Part shown: positions 12,759-25,412 of the stretch, one piece after another | Layout of the letters: each line of letters opens with the position of its first letter | How positions within the stretch are numbered: position 1 is the stretch's first letter | Assembly: GCA_051530055.1 (NCBI GenBank) | Contig: CM121341.1 | Span: 1,950,734 to 2,014,733 of the forward strand | Length of the DNA: 64,000 nt | DNA from: Neoechinorhynchus agilis | Taxonomy: Eukaryota; Animalia; Acanthocephala | Direction of reading: 5' to 3' | The notes under the pieces: generated by a model | What the model was told of the DNA's origin: nothing | Database searches by the model: none | What the model saw: only the letters and a program-made list of their open reading frames with translations | Made by a program: the position numbers and the translations under genes

Positions 12759-14855
12759 ATGGTTTCATTTTCAGCGCCTGCTACGGCTTATTTAATTTAC
12801 GGGCCTGAAACGAAGAAAGTCACTCTTCCTGAGGTCATTCGAAATGTTCGAGATATCAAAGCCCTTTTTCACAAGTAAGTACCAATATTTTCTCGATGTA
12901 ATAGTTCACATTTTCACAAAAGAGCATTTTCTGATTCCCATCGAAATATGAACTTATCGAAAAGTTCAATTGTATATATAAAGGACACTAAAGTTGATAT
13001 ATTTTATGAACTTGAGGACATCCGGTTTGTTATTTTATTTTGTCTAAGATAATTCTAAGGATAAAATAGCGATTTGGAAGCTAATAAAGACAAAGACGAC
13101 AATCAGAAAATAGTTCTTAAACTCATTGACTTACCAAAACTCACGGCTTCCAGAACGCGGATATTTGACGATTGTTCCCGCGACAATCCATTCGGAAATT
13201 CTTGTTACTACGATGACATTGAACCAATTGTGGCGGCAAAGGCCGTCGCCACTTCTGACACAGCCATCTATGGGACGATTAATGATGCCAGCAACGAGAG
13301 GGTCAATGGTACATGTTGTGATGAATACACTTTAATGACCACTTCAAGTGATTACAATAACTTAAGGTTTGTTCTATCTTTCCTTTTCTCTCGCTCAAAA
13401 TCATAGGTAAATGCAGACCAAAAAATTTTTTCGGGAAATTCAAAAAAGAAGTAAAAAGTTTAAGGCATGAACTTAATTGTGTGAGAATGCTACACCGCGA
13501 ACTTATTAATGAGGTTGATGATATTTATCTCTACATTTAGAAAAACGTTTTTCTTTGAATTGTTTCTTTTTTAGGCAAAAGCAATTTCATTAGGACTGAA
13601 ATATTTTTCGTCTGTATTTGAAAAGTTTGGGAGCGATTTACGTTTTCATTTTACTTAAATATTTTGATTCCTTCCATTCTCGAGCAATAATTTTGCTACA
13701 AATGTACAAAGAACATAATTTACATTTTTACTAACTATTCTTAATGCAATTTTCAACCTCATTTCCTATCGATTTCGCGAATTTTCAATTTATGGAAACA
13801 AAAAATGCAATTATGGTTTGATATCTAACACAAATGTTTTCCTTTTGACGAATAAAACTGAATAGGCAATGGTTAACCAGTATGAAAAGCAAATTAGATC
13901 TGAATCAGTACAAACTGACATGGCACTCGAGTGTTGCCGAGCAAGCTTTCTTAATATAGAACGCGAATTAGAGTAAGTTAATTTTCTAATGCTATTTTTT
14001 ATGGATCCATTTCCCTTTTAGAGAATTAGAAGAGCTTGCTGAAGAGACTTACAAAGACGAGAAATCTAACAAGAGTAGAGTTAATGAATCGGATATTGAA
14101 GGATTAGCTTATGCTTTAAGCCGAGTTACAAAGTCTCTGGTTGAAACTAAAAGTAAGTTTGTTTTAGATGAAAAAATCGGGCAGACAATCCTTATTGCGG
14201 CTATTTAAAAGCAACACACAAGATGCTCATAAAGCGACTGGGGTGTGGTACATCGGATACTAACATCCGGATAATCCAACCTGATCAATTGGTCTTACTC
14301 GTTAAGAAGTGCAAACGACTAGCGTCGATGTTGTACGCCTTGAAGCGTCTTGCTATTCAAAGAAATGACAGTACGCCTATCAGTCGCCATACAGTAGATA
14401 TTAGGCATTTGCCTAGTTCAACGACAGATTTAAAAGCTATTAAATCCGCGGTCAACCAAGACATTAGACATATCGTTCCTAATTCTGAAGCGAGATTAAA
14501 AGCTCAAGAAGCGAGTTTGAGGATTAGAAAGCTCCGTAAAAAGTATTTGACATGCTCATTTGACGCTGTTAGTGTATGCAATGGAAATGGAGCAGAGCAA
14601 AGAGCAAATAGATTATGCAGATCGTCTCCTGGAATTGACGCAAATGGATCGTCGTTTGCGCTAAGTTTACTTCGATCATACGAACGAGTTCGAACTAATG
14701 GCATCGACGATAGTTCGATGAATATGGCCACAAGTGTCAGTGCAGCGAGCAGTGGGTGCCCTTCTCCGCATGTACAAACACCTCCACCTTCGAGATTCCG
14801 ATCAGTGAACAACATTTTAGCACCAGTCAGCAGCGCTGTAATAACTGACCTTTGA
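12759..14855 (+). CDS. Multi-exon gene encoding an unidentified coiled-coil protein
   Basis: ATG 12759. GT donors at about 12876, 13972 and 14153; AG acceptors before about 13070, 13866, 14022 and 14212. Phases are consistent except for one unresolved junction (13366-13866). Heptad-like 'ERELEELEELAEE'. Confidence 0.6.
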
Positions 14856-15142
14856 TTTGAAACGTTCTATCTGTTAATAATATTTAATCGATAAAAGCAT
14901 GCTGGGGGTGTTAATCTTTACAAATAAAAGCAGTTCGTTCTTTACAAAAAAGTGCTATTTCGTTCAGAAAAGTACAATTATTTGCGGCGGAAAATCGAAC
15001 TTATCCACGAACTTAGGTTGTAAAAACTTATTAACAATTATTAATAGACCATAAGATTGTGTGTGTTCCTCCAAAATACCGGATTTTTATAAGTCATTTC
15101 AATTTTTTTTGTTCGCCGTCTAAAAAAACCGTGAACAATTCA

Positions 15143-15388
15143 ATGTTCAAAGAGTCTTTGAAGTAAAGATACTACCGCTATATTGTGAACGATCTCGGTC
15201 AAGGCTATGACAAATCGGATCCATTCATCGATGACAGTGAATTCGATATCGGAAATATTCAAGCTCGCAACTTGATAGGAGTGCGATCCAGCGACCGTTT
15301 TCGTCGACGACTACCCGACTATGGGAGATTGTGTGGCTCCGAAATATCAGATTCAATAAATCATTTCAACTTTTTGTCCGCCATATAA
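15143..15388 (+). pseudogene. Ubinuclein/yemanuclein HUN(HRD)-domain fragment with an in-frame TAA at 15164
   Basis: 'DLGQGYDKSDPFIDDSE' matches the HUN consensus G.GYD..D.FID.SE. ATG 15143 is in frame but followed by TAA at 15164-15166. Confidence 0.55.
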
Positions 15389-15690
15389 AAACACATGAAT
15401 AATTCAGTATTCAAGCAAAAGTAATTGACTTCCAATTATTCAACTATTGGTCCATGGTTTTCTCCATTATTAAGGAAAATGTCAATCGGGATCGAAAACG
15501 TCAACAAATTGTATGTTTGATTCTAGAACCCCTCGCAGTAAAACGAGAGAATGCTCCCAGCGTGAGGAAAACCACGGCTTCACAGAATATTATCTTCTCA
15601 AATTTGTAAATTTAATAAATTTAAATCACATGAAAAAACAATAATGATCCATTGAACTGTATGTTTTTTTATTAAGGTCACACGTAAACA

Positions 15691-15770
15691 GGCAGCGTGG
15701 CCGAGTGGTCTAAGGCGCCAGTTTCAGGTACTGGTCCGAAAGGGCGTGGGTTCGAATCCCACCGCTGTCA
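15691..15770 (+). tRNA. tRNA-Leu (anticodon CAG)
   Basis: Acceptor stem GGCAGCG/CGCTGTC, A box TGGCCGAGTGG, anticodon stem CCAGT/ACTGG with loop TTCAGGT, short variable arm, B box GGTTCGAATCC, and a TTTT run about 26 nt downstream. Confidence 0.97.
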
Positions 15771-15989
15771 ACGCAACCACGACACCCAACAGTCGCTTTT
15801 CGGCTATAAGATCCAAACCCACACCGCGTCCTTCGGGCAAGACATACGCCCTGAACAACAAAGCGTTTAATAAACAATCACCATCGTCCACGAAGAGGCA
15901 TCGCTCCCTCTCCTCAGCGGTCGAAGACCTTTACACACAGAACAACAAAACGTTTCAACAATCACCACCGCCCCAGCGGTAACGCTCCC

Positions 15990-16095
15990 ATTCATCGGCG
16001 CTGGCCAAAATGCTGGCCGCATTGCCCCGCTGCACCGCGCATTGCCCCGCTGCACCACAATGCTTATTTTTTGCGTCAAGAACGGCGTCAATCTT
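15990..16095 (-). mobile_element. CRE-clade non-LTR retrotransposon 3' fragment
   Basis: Minus strand encodes 'FLTQKISIVVQRGNA' then (shifted) 'AASILA', the C-terminal motif shared with the larger copies at 22.1 and 29.7 kb. Contains a 20-nt tandem duplication at 16019-16056. Confidence 0.7.
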
Positions 16096-16552
16096 GGCTT
16101 AAACTTACAAGCAATTGAATTCCCAATGACTAGGATTCAATCAGCCGAACAATACATTCGTCTTTAACGCGATCTCCCTCGAATGTCGACAAACGACCTA
16201 AACAATAACTTACCCGTTTATAATAAACGAACAAGTCGCCAGGGAACACGAAATCCTATCAGTCACCTAAAAAGTTTTCAGTTGTGTGGCTCGAGCACGC
16301 GGGCGATACCGAGGTGCTTTCACTTTAAGACATTTGTTGCTAAAAGTTTCTATGTAATTTTGTTGCATCCTACAAGCGTGACGCAATTTCTGGACTAATG
16401 CAAAGAATTCATCCGAAAGTTATTAGATTCCAGCAGTCGATATCCGGTGGCAAATGCGAGTGACGCGCATGTGGATGACGTCATGCGGAAAAATTAAAGG
16501 AATTTATTAAATTCGATTGTTTTCATAGGCACTACGCGTTTATCCGTTTTGA

Positions 16553-19500
16553 ATGAGTGAAAATGTTCAGCATTTGCAGGATATACGAGGAAGAAGGCTG
16601 AAAAGCTTAAATTCTCACCCGAGAGTGGTCACTTTTGCTTCCAAGGTTAGTTTAAAAATCTTCATGATGAAGGGAACGGTGCAATCGCCAGGTTCACAGG
16701 CGCAAGAAAGTATTTTGATCCGCGGTACTCATATTCATTTCCCATTCCGACCATATCGCTCCCAGCTCATTTTAATGAACAAAATCATTGAAGCTCTCGA
16801 AACGGGAAATAATTGTCTGCTGGAATCACCCACTGGCACGGGAAAAACTTTAGCACTCCTTTGTGCCTGCATTGCTTGGTCTCAAAGCAAAATCGACTGC
16901 AAGAAGACGGAAGGCGATAAACCGCGCCGAAGACGAATATTCTATGGCACTCGAACACATCGCCAAATCGATCAGATCGTCGATCAGCTTCGGAAAACCG
17001 ATTACTCTCGATGTTTGAAAATGGCTATTTTGGCAAGTCGGCAACATACCTGCATACATCCTTTAGTTTCGAAATTGGATCCACGCTCAATCGATGATGA
17101 GTGTCGGAAAATGACCGTTGCTACTGGTAAGGATAAGTCGGGTGATTGTCGATTCGATAATGGAAGGATTAGGAATCATAATGATGTATGGGGAAATATT
17201 GGTTGTAAACGACCGTTAAAATGTCAGAATTATCGGTCTTGTGTTTTTGATGTAAATGAAATGGTTCAAGTCGGGAAACGCTTAAAGTGCTGTCCTTTCT
17301 ATGCTCTTAAATGAACACTCTTTGAAATGGGTTTGTATTCAAAATTTCGTTTTGACTTGTGAAAAATATCCCTGAGCGGTTTCTCGAAAGCACGCGAAAT
17401 TTAAAAAGTTTTATTCAAAGAAAAGTAGTTCAAATTTTTCCTTAAGTCAAATTACGGAGAGAGGGAAAGCGTGGTGTGAATGTTTTTCCAACTCTTTTTG
17501 TTATGAAAAATCTTCGCTGTTTCCACTCTAAAAGTTTTAAAAACTAAAAAGGGTTACATTCTCTAATTTCCCCCTCTATTTGTCCGTTTGCTTTCAATTC
17601 GAAAGTGTGAATAGAGAACTGGCTGAACAATCTGAACTAATTCTTTGTCCTTACAATTTCCTTCTCGATCCGCGAATTCGTGACAGTGTTCCTGCGATGG
17701 TTCTCGATCAACAAAGCATTGTAATCTTCGATGAAGCTCACAATATCGACGATCTCGCCCGCGATGCTCTCAGTTTTCTATTTGTAAAGACGAATATTGA
17801 ATTGTGCCTGTCTGAATTGGGGAGACTCGAATCGGAAATATCAATGGGTCTCGTGGTTTCCTTAGGTATAAATCAAAGTCCAGGCGATGTAATGAATGCT
17901 ATTGGCTACATGAACAGTCGACTAACGAAACTCTCTGACTATATATCAAGATCGTGGCTATTGAAAGCAAAGGAGGATATTGTGAGTGATGACGGTTATG
18001 CTCTAGATTGTCTTGAAGTTATGGTTGCTCTGCGAGCTTTTGGGCTAGATGGAAGTGAAAGTGGAATTAAAGCTTTTTCAAAAGCAATGCGAGTTTTGGT
18101 TGAGGGAGGAAATGCAAATCAGAGCGATGGAAATCAGGATAAAACTAATGAAGACAATAAAGGGGATGTTCCAGAGAAAAATAATCTTATTGGCGAGAAT
18201 GGACAGCGACTTTTACGGGAGCTGTCTTTATTGCTACAAGTTTTGTGAACATGACGACTGATTCGTTCACAATTCACGCAATGGATACTGGAAATTAATT
18301 TCTTATCTTTTATATGGCGGAAAAAGTTAAGTGATTTATTGAAGGTTTTTAGTATGTCGAAATATCGAATTTAATAAATCACCTATAAAAAAATTCCGCC
18401 ATACAAAAACATGGAAATAATTGAATGTTCAAACATATTTTTTAGTAAGTGGATAAAAACTGATTCTGTTGGTAAAAGGCGTACAAACAAAGCGTTTTTT
18501 GTCGATTAGGATCTTAGTAAAATTTCTTGCTGACTGACACACAGAACTTTTTGTTTTTTACTATCGAAAAACATTCCTTTGGAAATTGAAGACAAAATAA
18601 AAAAAGCTCAAAGTATTACTGCAATGGAACTTATTTAATTTGAGAATAGAGGGATTCGTTTTAGAACTGAATAGTCGCTTATGTTTACAAATATTATCCT
18701 ACTGTAAGTTTAGGATTTCTCATTTATAATATACCGATATGGATTTTGGTAAATATTTCTCGAATTTATAATGTCTTTTTTTTGTGGAAAATCAGTCTTC
18801 AAATATGCTGATGACATGAGCAGGATAAACGACTACGCAGTGATTTTAAAGCCCTACAAGTTCACGACTGCGACTAATGGTAATCAACTCGAAATCAACA
18901 CTGAATGTGTTCAATTTATGTGCCTGAACGCGAGATCAGCATTTCGAGCATTTCATTCCGTTCACTGTGTTATTGTATCATCTGGAACACTTGCTCCTTT
19001 AAATGCACTCGAAAACGAGATCGGGCTTAAATTCGAGGTCAAGGCGGAAACTGATCACGTCGTGCCCGCCTCTCAAATGTTCGTAGCAACAGTCGATTCG
19101 GTATCTAATGGAAGTTCTAACCCGCTCAGGTGCACATATGCTCAATCAAGTTCATTTGCTTTCCAAGATGATCTCGGTCATTTGATTGTTGATATTTGTC
19201 AACGTGTAACTCAAGGAGGGATTCTTTGCTTCCTACCTTCTTATCGCCTCCTCGAAACACTTCGTATCCGGTGGACGGCTTCAGGTATATGGGAGCATCT
19301 AGAATCGAATCGTCGCGTACTTGTTGAACCTCGAGCAGATCGCGCATTCTCTCTAATGCTCTGTCAAATGAAGTCGAATTCTGAATTTCTCTTGTTTGCC
19401 GTTTTCAGAGGACGAGCAAGTGAAGGCATTGATTTTGCTGATGATATGGCTCGTTGTGTTGTATGCGTTGGATTACCATATCCTAACATAAAAGAACTCG

Positions 19501-20183
19501 GTATTGACTTAAAGAAAAAATACAATGACCGACAACGAGGACTTTTACTTCCAGGAGGTGAATGGTACGAAATTCAGGCTTTTGCTTAATGTAGAATTCT
19601 CAGAGGGAATAAGCGAAAAGAATTCTATATTTATAGAGCTTTGAACCAAGCTCTAGGACGTTGTCTGCGTCATAGAAATGATTGGGGCTCTATTGTATTA
19701 GTAGATGAACGATTCACAACTGGATGGCAACGATATGGTAGTTATGTTTCTTCATGGATTAGGAACAAGGTAAAGTTCTATAAGCGAAGATCTGATCAAT
19801 TTCTGAATGATTTGGAGGATTTTAATAAACTTCAATATGCATCAAACGGTGAGCAATCAGTAAAGAGCTTTTGGTCAGACGAAACAATCAAAAAAGAAGA
19901 ATCAAAGGCGTTCTTGTCATTGTTTAAAGAAAAAAGATACAGTAAAAAGGCGAAAAAGCCCAAAAACACGTCTGCTCGAAGAAATCCTAAAATACCAACT
20001 GCAGTTCCTGAAACGCCATTTGAAGTGTCTATCAATGAGGCTTTAATACCGAGCTCCGCTGAACTTCATGGATTTGAAGGTTTTGATAATTTGAAATCTG
20101 TGAAGGTAGAACAGGCTCAGGGAAACAATAGACTAAAGTTTGGAAATGATTCGGACAGTGACGGTGCAGATTTTGTAAATTAA
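16553..20183 (+). CDS. BRIP1: FANCJ/BRIP1 Fe-S DEAH helicase, four coding blocks (approx. 16553 or 16665-17308, 17613-18239, 18795-19583, 19635-20183)
   Basis: Walker A 'LLESPTGTGKTLALLC', Fe-S Cys motifs 'SRQHTC', 'DEC', 'CCPFY', then 'DEAH', 'SSGTLAP', 'GRASEGIDFADD' and 'WYEIQA/RALNQALGRCLRHRNDWG'. None of the three junctions has in-register GT-AG ends. Confidence 0.92.
18308..18408. repeat. MITE-like inverted repeat inside the second BRIP1 intervening sequence
   Basis: TTTTATATGGCGGAA/TTCCGCCATACAAAA (14 of 15 pairs) plus inner GTGATTTATT/AATAAATCAC. A similar single arm lies at about 23353. Confidence 0.55.
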
Positions 20184-21064
20184 TGGGAAATAAAAATGGT
20201 CAGAAAGGAAAAATTTTAATTGAAACTTTTGTAATATTCAAAACTTAATTTCGGGAATTTTCTGCCGATTTTAAACACATTGAAGATATCTTAAACAATT
20301 TATCGATATTTGATTGCTCAATTCTACGTGACAAATTTTTTTAAAGCTAAATTTCACTATGGTGCATAAATCTTTTAGATCGTCTCAACACGAATTAATT
20401 TCTCTTTTATCCTTGACTTCCGTTTATCAATTTTTGGATTTATTTGGAACAATTTTACCAAAAGCAATTATGATCGATGCAAATAATAAAGTTCTAAAAG
20501 TTAGCGGCAATCAATGATAACGCGAGTATCTACATTTTTTTCTCTTATTTTTCCTGGATAAACGGATCAACTAGTTTATTAGAAATGTTCAATTGGTAAA
20601 TTTCATCCACGTATTTGTGCAACACCTAAAAAATTCTATTTAGCTCCTTTACACAAATTGAAGCTTTTTTTCCTAAACTTTTTATATATTTTTTAGTCAA
20701 CAAGACTTATTCTACGAAATTTTATAACTACAAAACACTTAATTCGCTCCAATCACGGCCGTCATACGGATGCTCGCGGCGTTTCTAATGTTTTGGCGCA
20801 AAAACATTGGTTCGCGATTATCTTATGTTATTCTTGCCAAATGCGGACCTATTTCCTTAGTCAGCGCCAAGGCCGTTTACCCAGCATTGAAAAAGAAAGT
20901 TTTATTTCTTTCGATATTCATTAATCATGTCCTTGAATCGGATCACGTGGAACGGCCTTTCGGACATCCTCATGATGTTTATAAGATTTTCGAATTCACG
21001 GTAATCGAGTTTACTTAGGCGAGTGAGGTTATCCGCTTTAAGTACGATCATTGTTTGGAAATAG

Positions 21065-21591
21065 TTACGTCGATGTGATTTTCTCTAACGTAGCGGTATA
21101 TCCCAGAAAACCAAATCGAATAAGAAGACTGTACCGGTCAAGCCATTGCAGCAATTCATACTGCTTCGCCGTAATAGTACCGAATTTTCTCTGCTTTATC
21201 ATTTCTATCACATCATTTACGGATTTTCGCCTTCGAACAAACTCTTCTAGTCCACAAGGAAGTTGCGATTTTACCCGATGATTTACCAACGGCATATCCA
21301 TGTATCCGATAGCTAAAAATACCAACGGACAAAAAGGAGTGTATACAGAACATGAAGCTTACTTGTGAATTCACGTTCCGGTTCATGGTCGTGATTAGTG
21401 AACTGGCGGAGTTCATGTCGTCCATCTTTGCATAATGTTGTAGCTCTTCCTCTACATGACCCCGATCGTCTTTTTTCACAACACCAATAAAACACATCTC
21501 CACGATTTTTATCCTTAATCATCGAGTATCCCCGTATTTTCAATTTTGTGTTTCCTTTCTGGGATTTTATTATCTCGCAGTATTCGACCAT
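21065..21591 (-). CDS. FLYWCH zinc-finger protein (MULE-related domain), two exons
   Basis: 'GYSMIKDKNRGDVFYWCCEKRRSGSCRGRATT...HDH' is a FLYWCH motif. A canonical 50-nt intron (21362..21313, GTAAGC...TTTTAG) joins it in frame to the 21065 ORF. Confidence 0.8.
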
Positions 21592-22085
21592 GGCAAAGCT
21601 CTGTGGAGGTTACACGCAGAATTGCTTCTTTACTGCTCTGTATTCGTCTCTTATGTGTCCTACACTCGGATGCGAAGTAGTGTCGTATCTGTCGGGATTT
21701 CACGAATGTCATTGACAGAATCGTGAAAGCTGAGGCAACCACTCGCAATTTAAGATGATAAGGACAGATGGAGCTCGAATCTGACAAGTCTTCTATTTAG
21801 CTTGTCATTGATTTGATTAGCAACGAACGATAGCCTTCTGAAACCGCATTAGTCGCTCTTATTTGTCATTGTTTGATGATGAATCATTGAACTGGGAATT
21901 TTGTGACCATTCGTATTTTTTTACATTTTTTTAAATGAAATTCTTTAATCCAAAATATAAATGGAGAGAATGTTGAAAAAGAAAGCCGCCGCAAATTTAA
22001 AGAAACATTCTTATGAGCAATACATTTAATCGCGAATAACAATTTTTTTGACATGGAAAGCTTATATTAAAAAAGAGCTACAAAT

Positions 22086-23200
22086 TTAATTATGACGTCC
22101 CGACGTTGCCAGTATACTGGCAGCGTTATCCCGCTGTATCGCAATTCGTTGAGCGAGGAAATTTCTCGAGCGCGGTTCCCCCCGTCATCCTCTTCGTCCC
22201 AATTCGTCGAGGAGAGTGAGCGCTGATGGTCCCAAGGCTCCATACGTTTCCACGGCAAAAGGGACGAAATAATAATTCCTTAGGAGCTCTCTATATTTTG
22301 AACGCTTTCGTTCCTCAGCTACGACCGCTGAACCTCCAGGGCTCTTTTTTGAAAAGGGAAAATTACTGGGGGTAAGCGTGTCCATACAAGTCGCATCCCA
22401 TAAAAGCGGTTTTCCCTCCCGCCATGGAAAAACCGTGACACCGTCAGGTCGCTTGCTGTCTAGGCGGCACAAGTTACTTGGCTCTAGAATATTGGGCACG
22501 TGAACGGAATCTAGGGCTCTACTCAAAATTGAGTTCAATTCTGAGTGTCTTGGAAACCTCCCTCTGGACGTTTTACAACAGAGATCGTGTCTGCCATTGG
22601 CTTCAACTATAAAGCCGCAGCGACAGCGATGCGGGATATAAATATCCTGGCCCAATCTTTAAGAAACTGCGACCCTTAACGTAGAATCCTCTAGAAGAGT
22701 TCCGATTGTCGGGGCGGGGAGAGCATTTAGCCAGGCTCCCGATTCCGTTGTAGAACACGCCGCAAGACGAACTTGGGATACCTCGTCGAGAAGATTATTA
22801 AAGGATTTGTGAATCTTCTTTATGAGGGGAAGGTCCCAAGCCGACTGCTTGTGGTCATTTTCCGGAAGGTGCGGGATCTCTGCCCGAGATTGCCATATCA
22901 ATAAACCGTCCAAATAATGTTGCGAGTTTTGTCTCATGTTGGAAATGGCTTCCGCGTACGTTTTGCTGACTCCGTAAGAGGCGAGGAACGCTGGAAGGGC
23001 TAAATCAGACACTGCGCGGATGCCGAGGCCGCCAAAAGAGGTTGGGAACGGAGCCTGCCGCCAGCCCGTATCCGTAATGTTTATATTTAAAATTTTCTTT
23101 AAAAAAGAGCGTAAAACTCCGTCAAGATCCGATAAAACTCTTTTCTCCTCGAAACACGGAGCAGCCCTCAACTTATACATCAATTTGGGGATGTATAGGC
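22086..23200 (-). mobile_element. 5'-truncated, degenerate CRE-clade non-LTR retrotransposon (RT thumb, zinc knuckle, RLE)
   Basis: 'FGGLGIR', 'WLNALP', 'HRCRCG...GRHDLCC', 'RPDGV', 'WDAT', 'K..KY', 'FAVETYG', 'QRIAIQRDNAASIL'. One nonsense codon (22656-22658) and one frameshift. Confidence 0.9.
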
Positions 23201-24710
23201 AATTCCTTAAAACGTCCGAAAGTTCATTTCATACTCCGTATAAATGTACTTACAATAATCAAATTTGCGATACATTAAATTTTAGAGAAAAATGATCCTT
23301 CCTGAGAAATGTTGACATTATTGTTTTTGTGTGAATATTTAATTATTCGTGTTTTTATATGACGGAAAAATCGAAGAACCTTGATAAAGGCACAAGATTG
23401 TGCCGAAATATCGGATCTAATAAATTACATCGTTTTTTAAGATGATTTGAGATGTCTTCAAAACTCGAACGCAACAATTATCCGTTTTATGATATTTTAA
23501 ATTTAAGGAAAAAGATAAAACAATGTGCCGGTCGATGCTTTAGATCTCTTTTAAAGTATAAACTGATCATAATCTGCACGGAAATAACCCTAATCATTCA
23601 CAATGATCTGAAAATGAAAATTATTCATGGAAATATGATTTAGGTTGTTTATAGAAAATCGAAATTTGTCATAAAATCTATACTTACTGAAATCCGTAAG
23701 GAAATGTCTTAAATCTTAATTTATCTACATTAAGATTTAAGTCTAAAATTCAATTTGCGTGATATCATTTCCTTATCCACATCTACGAACGTCTGACCAA
23801 CTTTTAGTTTTAATCGCAAAAAACCTTTTCGAGCTTCACACAGCATAGTTATTTCTTTAAATTTATCTTTCTTTAGATTTTGCTGCACAACCTTGAAATC
23901 TCCATAATAAAATTGATCCGAAATGTCAAAATAAAAATCTATGATTTATAAAAAATAGAAACTGTCAAATTTTCATATCTATCTCTTATAAAGTAAGAAA
24001 TGTTTCCAGTGACAAAATTTAGGAAGCGTCTCAAGCTCCTCGAAACTGTCACAGCTCTAACTTATGTTTAGTGACCATTCGCAAGATTTCACCAATAAGA
24101 CGTGAAGCATTTCAAAGAGAAATCGTCCAATGAAACAAACACGAACCTGTCATTAAATTTTACGGTTTGAAAGATCATCGTTTTAATTTATCGTTGAATT
24201 TAAGTCGATCATCATGGAACGTCAATCTTCTTGCGGACCGTTTCCTTGCTGAGCGTTATAGATCGGTTCAAGAGACCGTTAAGGAATCGATTAGAAATCG
24301 GGATCACTACCAGGTTTTTACTTATTGGAACCATTCGTTTATGAAACAGTGGGTTTCAAATATTCGCAATAGTTTTTATATTATTGGATCTTCAGAGTTA
24401 ACACTATAAATGGCCCGCCTTAACACATCCTGATTCAATCTTACGCAATTTGGTTATTTCCACGGGTATGTCATCTAAAACGGTATTTAAAAGAATCCAC
24501 AATATTTTAAGACTTTAATTTTTATTAGGACTAAGGACTGTGTATAGTTAGCGTCTTTTGAAAAAATATGCGTTTAATGAAAATCCTAAGAACTACTAAA
24601 CATTACTCGAATTGCTCTCATGTCATTTAAGAATTTGAAAAAGCACTTGCGATTCACCGATCATTCAATCCGATACAAAATGATCGAGGCGAAGGTTTTG
24701 AAGCAATATT

Positions 24711-25030
24711 TTATCTTTTCGATTGTTCTTATTTGAGAATTATGCGAGATTGAAAACCAATTTATTTTGGACAGATATTTCGGAGTTTTACTCCTGCTTC
24801 AGGGTCATATCAACGAAAATCGGTTTGCTCAACTGACTATTGATCAGTTGGTGGATTGTCGACTGACTTCTCAACCGCATGTTATCTTTTCGATTGTCCT
24901 TATTTGAGCAAGTTAAGCGGTTGAAACAAATGGTTATATTGGACCGATATTTCGGAGTTTTACTCCTTCTTCAGAGGTGATGTTGATGAAAATCGGTATG
25001 CTCGATCGACTGTTGATCAGTTGGTTAATT
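24711..25030. repeat. Diverged tandem duplication, two ~171-bp units
   Basis: TTATCTTTTCGATTG starts at 24711 and 24882; shared GATATTTCGGAGTTTTACTCCT and TTGATCAGTTGGT. Confidence 0.75.
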
Positions 25031-25412
25031 GGTCCCCGAACTTCGGGTTAATCGATCCCGTGCACTCGAGCATAAAACCTTAATGTGCGAAATCCATTTC
25101 TAGATGACTGAGGAGGCGAGGTTACCTCCTTTGTAATATTTCCAATAAATCAAAATGGTTATGACCGGGATTATTTGCACAAAAGTATATTTTGATTAAC
25201 GCGAAGGATTTTCTATCGATGACAATTATTTCATGTTCACAGAATGTCGGTGGCATTTAAGATAATTTTTTGTTTATATGAAGATAAAATTTTCTTTTTT
25301 TCCGGGATCGCTTATTTCCTGTGTGTTGCACTTTAGAATCGTTTAATAGACTTTAATAAATTTCAACTTAATTTGTTTCAACTTCGTTGAAGTTTTTTTT
25401 GTTGCTCATCGA

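Noticed and set aside
10390-12760. Short minus-strand ORFs with faint RT-like words (e.g. LVDIVSLM)
   Set aside because: Too degenerate; probably old retroelement debris but unsupported.
22656-22658. In-frame TAA in the CRE ORF as programmed readthrough
   Set aside because: A single TTA-to-TAA change in a truncated, frameshifted dead copy.
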